Origin: an uncultured Bifidobacteriaceae bacterium
GTDB taxonomy: Bacteria; Verrucomicrobiota; Verrucomicrobiia; Limisphaerales; UBA11358
Assembly (NCBI GenBank): GCA_964437865.1
Contig: CAYTJG010000001.1
Location: forward strand, 5,544-69,543
Direction of reading: 5' to 3'
DNA: 64,000 nucleotides
Part shown: piece after piece, positions 27,055-35,409 of the stretch
Numbering within the stretch: the first letter of the stretch is position 1
How the letters are laid out: each line of letters begins with the position of its first letter
Made by a program: the position numbers and the translations under genes
Notes under the pieces: model-generated
Told to the model about the DNA's origin: nothing
The model's input: only the letters and a program-made list of their open reading frames with translations
The model's database searches: none

Positions 27055-27927
27055 CTATTGTCTGCGCTGGGTAAATCCGCGCGGCGACTGGCCCATTATC
27101 CTTTTGAAAACGCGTGAGAAATGATAGGGATCACTAAAACCGGCGTTTAGGGCAATTTCCTTTACTTGCAAACGGCCGGTTATTAGCCATTCGGCGGCGT
27201 GGTTGATTTTTTTTCGAATCAGGTAGCTATACGGGGAGGGGTACCCATGGGACTGGAACAGACGACAAATGTAGCATTTATTCATGCCCGCTGCGTGTGC
27301 GATTTCGTCCAGGTCTCGAAATTCCAAATGGCGAGTGTCAATCATATCTCGACAAGTCTCAAAGGTCTGGGTCGGGCCGCCATCCATCTCGGCGCTGGGT
27401 ATCTGGGCACCCGCCGTTTTCAAAATTAGGATGCGCAGCAGGCTGACGCAGATTTGTGACGTATTTCGCAGACCACGGCCACCTTCTGACAGCAGCATTT
27501 CGAGAAGTGCCCGGCAGTCTTCCAAGTCGGGAAGCTGCCTTGCGGTCCCGGGCGCGACAGAGCCGGATCTCAACAACTGAGCCGCTTCCCGGCCAAAGAA
27601 ATCCACGAAGTATTTGCGCAAGGGATTCTTGGGGTCGCTGATGATGTGATGCCTCGTGGTGGGGCCATAAATGAAAAGGACGCCGGCCCGGAGAGAGAAA
27701 GTTTTTTGATCCAGGTGAACCGTGCCGCTACCGCGTTCGACATACTCAAGACCGTAACAGGGGAAGGTCGAACGCTGGACAGAGTAATCAGGGCGGCAGT
27801 TTTCATGCCCGGCGCACGCAACATGCAGCCGTGGCCGAGACTGCTCTATGCGCTTTTCCAGGTGGCAGTAGCGCGACTGGCTAACTTGGAGGGAAACGGG
27901 TGGAATGGCTTTTGCGCGCATGAGCAA
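27055..27927 (-). CDS. AraC-family transcriptional regulator (cupin sensor + AraC HTH)
   Basis: C-terminal 'MNKCYICRLFQSHGYPSPYSYLIRKKINHAAEWL...VKEIALNAGFSDPYHFSRVFKRIMGQSPRGF' and an N-terminal cupin-like domain. The probable ATG is at 27921. The gene is divergent from the pseudopilin/LamG/GRE block. Confidence 0.85.
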   Translation of the reverse strand: MLMRAKAIPPVSLQVSQSRYCHLEKRIEQSRPRLHVACAGHENCRPDYSVQRSTFPCYGLEYVERGSGTVHLDQKTFSLRAGVLFIYGPTTRHHIISDPKNPLRKYFVDFFGREAAQLLRSGSVAPGTARQLPDLEDCRALLEMLLSEGGRGLRNTSQICVSLLRILILKTAGAQIPSAEMDGGPTQTFETCRDMIDTRHLEFRDLDEIAHAAGMNKCYICRLFQSHGYPSPYSYLIRKKINHAAEWLITGRLQVKEIALNAGFSDPYHFSRVFKRIMGQSPRGFTQRRQ

Positions 27928-27928
27928 A

Positions 27929-27955
27929 TGTCAAGGATATCCATCTTTTTGTCAA
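27929..27955. promoter_or_regulatory. Direct repeat TGTCAA-N15-TGTCAA (21-bp period) in the 77-bp AraC/pseudopilin divergent region; candidate AraC-type operator
   Basis: TGTCAA occurs at 27929-27934 and again at 27950-27955. AraC-family dimers classically bind direct repeats two helical turns apart. Confidence 0.3.
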
Positions 27956-27998
27956 CCATAGTCATTTTCACAAGAAAAAGCGCTGTTAATATGAAAAC

Positions 27999-28796
27999 AT
28001 GACTCCCGGTAATAATCTACTGCGCAAAAAATCAAGTTGCGCGTTCACTTTGATTGAACTGCTGGTCGTCATTGCCATCATTGCCATCTTGGCGGCGTTG
28101 CTATTGCCCGCCTTGGCCAAGGCCAAGGACAAGGCCAAAGCTATTACGTGCATCAACAATTTGAAACAAATGGGAATTGCCCTGCCGCTGTATCGATCTG
28201 ACAACAACGACTACTATCCGTGCGGAATTGATCCTGCCATCGGTTCCGCATGGATTTGGCCGCCGCTGTTGCGGCAATATACCGGCAACAAAAACACGGC
28301 GGTTTTTCAGTGTCCATCCGCGCCTCCGCAATCGCAGTGGGTACTCTCGTTTGGCAGCGGACTACCAGCCATTGACGGCTACCTTCAAAACGAAGTGCAT
28401 TTGATCCCCGGCAGCACCAATTTTATGAGTTATGGCTATAATGTGTGGGGAGTGATCGTCGAGCATAATCCGAATCTGGGATTGGGAGTTTACAAGGATG
28501 ATCATGTCTGGGGCTCTGCAAAGGAAAGCTCGATTGTAAAGCCGACAGACATGATTGCAATCGGCGACAGCAATTGGGATTTGCAAAGGAACGGCGATCC
28601 GGATTGGAGCGGTTTCATAGGCATGTATGCGGAGCGCCAATGGCCATTGGATTTGCACAATCGACGGACAACCATCCTGTTCTGTGACAGTCATGCGCAG
28701 GCCGTGAAGCGCGCATTTGTAGTTTCACAACTGAACACCCCCACCACCGCGCCGGAACCCGACAAACTTTGGAACCGGGACAATCAGTATCACTGA
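27999..28796 (+). CDS. Prepilin-type N-terminal cleavage/methylation-domain protein (pseudopilin-like, DUF1559-like)
   Basis: '[49 protein letters not shown]' is the class III signal plus the conserved helix. The C-terminal '[16 protein letters not shown]' resembles the H-x9-D[GS] end motif of the family. Confidence 0.85.
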   Translation: MTPGNNLLRKKSSCAFTLIELLVVIAIIAILAALLLPALAKAKDKAKAITCINNLKQMGIALPLYRSDNNDYYPCGIDPAIGSAWIWPPLLRQYTGNKNTAVFQCPSAPPQSQWVLSFGSGLPAIDGYLQNEVHLIPGSTNFMSYGYNVWGVIVEHNPNLGLGVYKDDHVWGSAKESSIVKPTDMIAIGDSNWDLQRNGDPDWSGFIGMYAERQWPLDLHNRRTTILFCDSHAQAVKRAFVVSQLNTPTTAPEPDKLWNRDNQYH

Positions 28797-28907
28797 TGAG
28801 GCGCAGGACTGCCGGAAATTGCTCAAGAAAGGTATTTGTTACGCCTAACGAAGTTCGTGAAAAGAGCTTCACTTTCAAACAATTCGAACAGAAAAAACCC
28901 CAAAACT

Positions 28908-31900
28908 ATGAAAAAAACAAACAAGTGCCTGGCGGCGATTGGTCTGGCAATTGGGCTGGCGCAAATTATTTGCGCTGATTCCACGTGGAATGGCACGATT
29001 ACAAACAATCTGTGGTCTAATCCCAACAATTGGAGTCCGGTGGGCGTGCCACCGCCGGGAAATCCGACGACGACTTTTCAAGGCAATGTTTGGCTGGATC
29101 CTGCCAATGGCGACTCGACGATCACGATTGGCGCCGGCGATGTGGAAAGTCCCGGGGTCGGCAATACGAACGAAGTTTATAACACCATTTTCGGCCCGGA
29201 ATGGGGAGCCACGCTCAATATTTACGGCACCTTGAACTACGACTGGTTTTTGTTCCCGGTGCAGAACGATCCCACGCCGGGAAAACGCAGCTTGATTAAC
29301 ATCTTTACCAATGGGGTCACCAGCACCGCTGGTGCCGCGCTGGGAGTGGGCGATAGTTGGTGGAATACCGGCGCTCCCTATGTAACGGTGAATCTTTATG
29401 GCAACGCTCAACATAGCAGCCTGGGTGGTGCCGGGCTGTGGCTGGGCGGCCATTTGAACATCTATGACGTGGCCACGGTGACCATCGGGACGGGGGGGGG
29501 TGGCTACGTAAACATGGATACCGCCGGGCCGATGTCCGACGGCACTCGTTCCATCAATATGGGCGGCGGCACGCTGATCTTGCCGCCTGGTTTCGCGACC
29601 GCCAACGTTGGTAACTGGATTGCTCGGGGAATTCTCCGCGCGTACGGCAAGGGTTTGGATGCCAATGACCTCGTTATCACGGATAATGGCACGAATGTCG
29701 TCGTCAGCACGGTTCCGCTCGGGGGGGCGCTCCAACAGGTTTATTTTCAGACCTTGCTCGAAACCAACATGGGGGTGGGTTCTTTTCAACAGTCCGTTTT
29801 GGTTGGAGATTATCCCGCCGTCATCGGCGTGCTTTTGAGCTCTCCGGAACCCGGCTTGTCGCCGGCTTCGTTTAGCCAGCCCATTTACACCTCCAGTAAT
29901 CCCAAGGTGGTGGCGGTGGACAGCAACGGCATGATCTCGGCCGTCAGCCCCGGCAATGCCACCTTGACGGCCAAGGTCGGCGCGTTGAATACCACCAATT
30001 CCCTGCTGGTTACCGTCACGCCGCTGGGTGGCAACCTGATTCATCGTTACAGCTTCAGCGAAAGCTCGGGTGCTACCAGCGCTGATATGATTCCCGGAAA
30101 CAGCCCGACTTGGGATGCCACGTTAAACGGCGGAGCCACGCTGGGCGGCGGACAGGTGACCTTGGATGGTTCCAGTGGTTATGTGCAATTGCCAGCCGGA
30201 ATATTGAATGGCTTGGATGAAGTGACGATTCAGGCCTGGGCCAGCTTTGGCTCACCCATCAGTACGTGGGCAAATGTATTTGCCTTCGGCGACACTGATG
30301 GTAATGGAGAAGGGGAAAATTATATTGGTCTGCAAAGGACCGCCAGCGGCACCAGTGCCACTTTTGGCCAGGGAGACCCGGGCAACGCAGCGGAGCGCGA
30401 TGCCGTTTTCAATAGCACCTTGGATGGCCAAAGCAACGTGCAGGTAACCGCGGTCTATCATCCGCTCGCCGGATACGAGGCGCTGTATATCAATGGCTTG
30501 CAAGTCGCGACGATTTCCATGTTTAACAATCAGATTGATCCGGTGGCTTATGCGGGACCGACTTACAACGGCCAGAGCATCCTGGCTTATACCATCGGTC
30601 AGGACAATCTCAACTATATTGGTCATTCGTTGTATGACGGCGACCCAACCCTCAATGGTACCATTGACGAGTTCCGTATTTACAACGGCTGTTTGAATCA
30701 GGCGGAGGTGACGGCTAGTTACCAGGCCGGGCCGAACAACACGAATTACAATCCTGGTAATTTGGTCAGCGTCACCTTTTCCACAATGGAAACCAACCTG
30801 CCGTCCGGCCTCAATTATACGCCCACCACCTTCGCCAACTACGAGTTCGCAACCAACGTTCCGATTGCGACTGACAGCGCGCTGGCGCTGACCTCATCCA
30901 ACACGAACGTCGTCAACGTTGTCGGAAATCAACTGCATACCGGGGTCGGCGGCAGCGCGACGGTGAGCGCTTTTTATGAGGGCAAAACGGCCTCACTGAC
31001 AGTCTATGTTCTCCGCACGCCTGCCGTGTTGCTCCACCGCTGGAACTTCAACGAATCCAGCGGCACGATCGCCCACGACCTGGTGGGGGGAGCGGACGGC
31101 ACGCTGCAAGGAAGTGCGGCCTTTACGGGGTCCGGTTATGTCAACCTGCCGAACCCAGGCAGCAACCCGCAGACCGGCAACAGTTATGTAACCATTCCCG
31201 GCGGCCTGCTCAACAATTTGAGTGCGGTGACTGTGGAATGCTGGGTGACCAACAACGGTTGGAACAATGGCAACACCTTCGTCGGCTTTAGCGGCCCGAT
31301 TGACGAAAACGACTTTGGCACCAACTACATCAACTTTTATGCGCGGATGTACAGCAGCATTTCCGCCTTTGAGATTGCCACGACCTCAGGTGACTCCGGC
31401 CTCGAGGCGCTCGGCACCCGCGTGAACGACAACGGAGTGGCCAGCGGCATCCCGTCGCACTACGTTTATGTCTATGATCCGACGATCACTCACACGATTA
31501 CACTCTACACCAATGGCGTGCTGGCCGGGTCGCAGTCGGGCGCCAGCGTCCCGTTGAGTTCCTTGGGGACGAACGTCGGGACCATCGGGCTTTCCGTCTA
31601 TAGCCAGTCACAGAGTTACACGTTGACGCAAAATGGCGGCAGCAAAATCAACTGCCCGTATCTCAACGGCGGCGTCAACGAAGTGCGCATCTATAATGGC
31701 ATCCTCACGGCAGCGGACGTGGCAGCTACTCAAGCGCTCGGACCAGATCTGACCCTTGGCAGCAACACCGCCGTTTCATTGGAGGCCACCACCTCGGGCG
31801 ACAGCCTGAATCTGACTTGGCCAGTATCGGCGGCCACCTTCGGCGTGCTCAGCAGCCCGACCTTGGGTGCCGACGCGGTCTGGACGCCGGTGAGCGCGAG

Positions 31901-31982
31901 CCTGACGGTTGTGGGAGGCAGCTATAGCGTCACGTTGCCCCTGAACAGTTCGAATCAGTTCTTCCGGCTGCAACAGCATTAA
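28908..31982 (+). CDS. Large secreted LamG (concanavalin-like) / Big_2 domain protein with a conserved C-terminal domain
   Basis: Signal peptide 'MKKTNKCLAAIGLAIGLAQIICA'. Big_2-like 'SSNPKVVAVDSNGMISAVSPGNATLTAKV' and 'SSNTNVVNVVGNQLHTGVGGSATVSAFY'. Two LamG ends, 'TIDEFRIYNGCLNQAEV' and 'VNEVRIYNGILTAADV'. The protein ends '...NQFFRLQQH'. Confidence 0.8.
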   Translation: MKKTNKCLAAIGLAIGLAQIICADSTWNGTITNNLWSNPNNWSPVGVPPPGNPTTTFQGNVWLDPANGDSTITIGAGDVESPGVGNTNEVYNTIFGPEWGATLNIYGTLNYDWFLFPVQNDPTPGKRSLINIFTNGVTSTAGAALGVGDSWWNTGAPYVTVNLYGNAQHSSLGGAGLWLGGHLNIYDVATVTIGTGGGGYVNMDTAGPMSDGTRSINMGGGTLILPPGFATANVGNWIARGILRAYGKGLDANDLVITDNGTNVVVSTVPLGGALQQVYFQTLLETNMGVGSFQQSVLVGDYPAVIGVLLSSPEPGLSPASFSQPIYTSSNPKVVAVDSNGMISAVSPGNATLTAKVGALNTTNSLLVTVTPLGGNLIHRYSFSESSGATSADMIPGNSPTWDATLNGGATLGGGQVTLDGSSGYVQLPAGILNGLDEVTIQAWASFGSPISTWANVFAFGDTDGNGEGENYIGLQRTASGTSATFGQGDPGNAAERDAVFNSTLDGQSNVQVTAVYHPLAGYEALYINGLQVATISMFNNQIDPVAYAGPTYNGQSILAYTIGQDNLNYIGHSLYDGDPTLNGTIDEFRIYNGCLNQAEVTASYQAGPNNTNYNPGNLVSVTFSTMETNLPSGLNYTPTTFANYEFATNVPIATDSALALTSSNTNVVNVVGNQLHTGVGGSATVSAFYEGKTASLTVYVLRTPAVLLHRWNFNESSGTIAHDLVGGADGTLQGSAAFTGSGYVNLPNPGSNPQTGNSYVTIPGGLLNNLSAVTVECWVTNNGWNNGNTFVGFSGPIDENDFGTNYINFYARMYSSISAFEIATTSGDSGLEALGTRVNDNGVASGIPSHYVYVYDPTITHTITLYTNGVLAGSQSGASVPLSSLGTNVGTIGLSVYSQSQSYTLTQNGGSKINCPYLNGGVNEVRIYNGILTAADVAATQALGPDLTLGSNTAVSLEATTSGDSLNLTWPVSAATFGVLSSPTLGADAVWTPVSASLTVVGGSYSVTLPLNSSNQFFRLQQH

Positions 31983-31998
31983 AATGAGTTCCGCCCGT

Positions 31999-32028
31999 CG
32001 GCGGAGGCGCTTTGCGGCGTCTCCGCCG
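31999..32028 (+). terminator. GC-rich intercistronic stem-loop (no U-tract) between the LamG gene and the GRE gene
   Basis: 'cggcggaggcgc-tttgcg-gcgtctccgccg' forms a 12-bp stem with one G-U pair, 17 bp after the stop. The lack of a T-run argues for a stabiliser or partial attenuator rather than a full terminator. Confidence 0.3.
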
Positions 32029-32110
32029 AAACCATGCAAGCAAACAACATATCCAACGACATCATCAGCTATTTCGTGCAATTCGAATCATACTTTGTAG
32101 AAACTCAAAT

Positions 32111-34387
32111 ATGCCTGATGCCCGCGAAGAGATCCCTGCTTTGAAACTAGTTTACGGAAACCGCCTGAAAGTGTTGGCCGAGCGTCGCGATCGATTGGGG
32201 CGAGAAGGCCGGCGCAGCAACTTTGTGGACAACCCGGAATTCCTGGTTTATCACTGGTCGGGCGTGGGCGAAGGCTTTGCCCCGCCCACCGGCGAGCAGG
32301 CGGTCAGCCGGCGCCTCAACATCGGCGACAACAATTGCCGTGTTGCCCTGGGCATGCCTTTCCCGCACGCGGCAGAAATGCCATCACGCCAGCACGGCCA
32401 CGTGAACGATGTGCTCAACTGGGCGCGGGATTACGCATTCTTTCTGGACCACAATCCCTGTGAAATCCATCCCGAGGAGGAGGTGGTCGGCGAATTTCAC
32501 TGGCAGTTGGACGAGGCGCGGCGTTTCCGGTATCCCGACGACGTGCGGGAAGCGGGTTTCAATGCGCGAAAATTGGGCGCGGGCGGCATTAGCTACGCGC
32601 ACACCTGCCCCGATCTGTCAATCGGTCTGGAATTGGGCTGGGGCGGATTGCTCACGAAAGTCCGCCAATGGAAGGCCAGGCATGAGGCCAACGGCAACGA
32701 GCCGGCAGCGCGTTATCTGGCCGGCCAGGAATTGGTCGTGACCAGCATCCAACGCTGGGTAAAACGCCATGCGGAGAAGGCCGCCAAACTCGCTCATGAA
32801 GCGCCGCCCGAATTGGCCCGACATTATCTCGTCGTGGCGACAACGTGCGAAGCCATCATCAGCAAGCCACCGCAGACATTTTTGCAGGCCATCCAATGGC
32901 TTCAGTTTTTTCAACTGGCCGAGCGCATTATCGCGCATGGCAATGGCTATGGCCGGCTGGACCAGTTGCTGCTGGATTTTTACCGGCGCGACCTGGCTGC
33001 CGGGCGGATGGCGCGCGAGGAGGCACGCGAATGGCTCGCCGAATTATTCTGCAAATATGGCGGCAATTATTTTTCCGTGGGCGGGCGCGACCGGCTGGGC
33101 CGCGATGCCACCAACGAATTGAGCCGCGTCGTTCTTGAGGCCTACGACTTGAACGGCGGTGACAACAACCTCGGCGTGATGTGGCACGTGGACATGGACA
33201 AGTCATTCTTTAACTACGCCTGCGAAGTGCTGGGCCGCCACGGGACGGGTACGCCGGTGCTCATTAATTATGACGTATTACGCGACAGCGAACTGCGCAG
33301 CGGTGTCAGCGATGAGCACGCCTGGAACGTTGCGTATTCCGGCTGCCAGTGGTATTGCGTGGTCGGCCGTGAATACAACGACCAGGATTTGAATTCGCTC
33401 GTGTTGTTGCAGCCCATGGGGCGTGCCATCCGCCGGGCGGTTGAGGCGGACGTGAAACGTTTTGACGAGTTGTTCCGCCTTTTGAGCGAGGAGACCATGG
33501 CTACCGCGATGGCGTTGCGCGATTTAAAGAACGCCACGTATATGTGGCAGTGCCGCGTCTGGCCGGAGATGGTTACTTCGCTCTGCATGCACCACTGTAT
33601 TGAGCGCGGACGCGATTGTACCGCTGCTGGCGCAGTGGATTACAATCTGACTTCGGTGAATATTCTCGGCGTGCCGAACGTGTCGGACTCGCTTCAGGCC
33701 ATCAAGCAACTGGTTTTCGACGAGTGTCGCTACACTCTTGCCGAGGTGGAATCGGCCGTCAAATCCGACTGGGCCGGGCAAGAGCCAATGCGCCGTGAAT
33801 TTCTCAACGCGGAAAAATTCGGGAACGACCTGGCGGGGCCAGACGCGATGATCGTGCGCCTGTCTGAAATGGTGCAGGAGTGCCTGGAATCACTGCGTCA
33901 TAACAAAGGCGGGCATTTTCGCGCGTCGCTCTTTCAATACATGGGGCACACCTATGCCGGGCCGATGCTGGGGGCCACGCCGGACGGACGCCATGCCGCT
34001 GAGCCGCTGGCACATGGCATGAACCCCATGCACGGGCGGAACACGAAGGGTATGACCGCCACGGCCAATTCCTTTTGCAAGGTGAACTTCCGAAAATTCC
34101 AGGGCGGCTCGTTTCAGATTGAACTGGAGCCGACTTATTTTCCCGAAAGCGCCCGCCGTAGCGACATGATTGAAGTGTTTGCGCGCACCTTTTTCAAGCT
34201 CGGCGGCGTGCAAATAAACTTGAACATCCTGTCCCTGGAAAAGTTGAAACTGGCGATGGAGCGGCCGGAACTGCCAGAACATCAGGCCATCATCGTGAAG
34301 GTAACGGGCTACTCGTCGCACTTCCTCATCATGGACCGGAAATTCCAAGAGGAGTTTGTTCAGCGCGTGAATTACCCAACGCTCTGA
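32111..34387 (+). CDS. Glycyl radical enzyme (PFL2 / dehydratase-lyase-type fold) with an atypical Cys loop
   Basis: 'QTFLQAIQWLQFFQLAERIIAHGNGYGRLDQLLLDFY', 'GRDATNELSRVVLEA', the Cys loop 'VAYSGCQWYCVVGREY' (Cys codon 33344-33346) and the glycyl radical motif 'IIVKVTGYSSHFLIM' (Gly codon 34307-34309). The ORF opens at 32012, but ATG 32111 follows the stem-loop. Confidence 0.85.
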   Translation: MPDAREEIPALKLVYGNRLKVLAERRDRLGREGRRSNFVDNPEFLVYHWSGVGEGFAPPTGEQAVSRRLNIGDNNCRVALGMPFPHAAEMPSRQHGHVNDVLNWARDYAFFLDHNPCEIHPEEEVVGEFHWQLDEARRFRYPDDVREAGFNARKLGAGGISYAHTCPDLSIGLELGWGGLLTKVRQWKARHEANGNEPAARYLAGQELVVTSIQRWVKRHAEKAAKLAHEAPPELARHYLVVATTCEAIISKPPQTFLQAIQWLQFFQLAERIIAHGNGYGRLDQLLLDFYRRDLAAGRMAREEAREWLAELFCKYGGNYFSVGGRDRLGRDATNELSRVVLEAYDLNGGDNNLGVMWHVDMDKSFFNYACEVLGRHGTGTPVLINYDVLRDSELRSGVSDEHAWNVAYSGCQWYCVVGREYNDQDLNSLVLLQPMGRAIRRAVEADVKRFDELFRLLSEETMATAMALRDLKNATYMWQCRVWPEMVTSLCMHHCIERGRDCTAAGAVDYNLTSVNILGVPNVSDSLQAIKQLVFDECRYTLAEVESAVKSDWAGQEPMRREFLNAEKFGNDLAGPDAMIVRLSEMVQECLESLRHNKGGHFRASLFQYMGHTYAGPMLGATPDGRHAAEPLAHGMNPMHGRNTKGMTATANSFCKVNFRKFQGGSFQIELEPTYFPESARRSDMIEVFARTFFKLGGVQINLNILSLEKLKLAMERPELPEHQAIIVKVTGYSSHFLIMDRKFQEEFVQRVNYPTL

Positions 34388-34406
34388 AAATTGACGCAGG
34401 TCATCA

Positions 34407-35402
34407 ATGGACTCACCCACCGCGCTGGTCTTTGACGTGCATCGCAACTCGACCCACGACGGGCCGGGCATCCGCACAACTATCTTTCTCAAAGGCTGCC
34501 CGCTGCGCTGCCAGTGGTGCCACAATCCGGAGAGCCGGGGGGGAACCCCGGAAGTCTGGTGGTTCGGCCAGAACTGCATCAGTTGTTTCCGCTGCGTCGA
34601 GGCTTGCAGCCGGAAGGCCTTGACTTCAACGGAAGCTGGCATACTGATTGACCGTGCCAAGTGCGAAGGCTGTCAGGACTGCGTCCGCGCGTGTCCGGCG
34701 CGCGCGCTGCGACCGGTTGGTGAGTGGAGAACACTTTCGGAGTTGGTGGCGGAAGCAGAGTCGGATCGCGTCTGGTATGAAGCCACCGGCGGCGGGGTGA
34801 CCTTGTCCGGCGGTGAACCGTGTGCGCAACCGGATTTCGCGATGGCATTTTTGGCGGGCTGCCGCGAGCGCGGGTTACACACGGCACTGGACACGTGCGG
34901 CCAGGCGGCAACGGGAACTTTTGCTCGGGTGCTCGATGGCGTTGATCTGGTTTTGTTTGATTTGAAACATCCGAACGAAGCCGTCCACCGGGAACTCACG
35001 CATGCCGGGCTGTCGACTATTCACGCCAATCTGCGGGAAGCGGCCAGGCGCGCGCGTGTGAAACAACTGAAGCTCTGGATTCGGACGCCGCTGATTCCTG
35101 GCGCAGCGGCGGCGGCGGCGGTGCTGAAGGACCTCGGAAATCTTTTGCGCAACGAATTTGCCGGCGCCATCGAACGGTGGGAGCTGTGTGCTTTTAATCC
35201 TTCGTGCCGCGCAAAGTATCACCGGCTGGGTCTGATCTGGCCATATGAAAACGAAGGACTGCTGGACGAGGCCAGCGCCGCCTGCTTTCTGGCGGTTGCG
35301 CAGAAGGCGTTTGGAGATGAAGCGCTCGTTCATCTGCAAGGAATTCGCCGCAGCCCGACGACAAACAAACAAACTTGCTTGAAACCGGCCGTGCATAATT
35401 GA
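34407..35402 (+). CDS. Glycyl radical enzyme activating enzyme (radical SAM with two auxiliary 4Fe-4S motifs)
   Basis: '[26 protein letters not shown]' (CX3CX2C), ferredoxin-type '[16 protein letters not shown]' and '[16 protein letters not shown]', and '[10 protein letters not shown]'. It lies 20 bp after the GRE stop. Confidence 0.9.
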   Translation: MDSPTALVFDVHRNSTHDGPGIRTTIFLKGCPLRCQWCHNPESRGGTPEVWWFGQNCISCFRCVEACSRKALTSTEAGILIDRAKCEGCQDCVRACPARALRPVGEWRTLSELVAEAESDRVWYEATGGGVTLSGGEPCAQPDFAMAFLAGCRERGLHTALDTCGQAATGTFARVLDGVDLVLFDLKHPNEAVHRELTHAGLSTIHANLREAARRARVKQLKLWIRTPLIPGAAAAAAVLKDLGNLLRNEFAGAIERWELCAFNPSCRAKYHRLGLIWPYENEGLLDEASAACFLAVAQKAFGDEALVHLQGIRRSPTTNKQTCLKPAVHN

Positions 35403-35409
35403 AAAAATC

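Noticed and set aside
35101-35121. A (GCG)n-type trinucleotide run encoding 'AAAAAA' in the GRE activase.
   Set aside because: It is short, in frame and sits in a linker-like region. There is no evidence of instability and it is not treated as a repeat feature.
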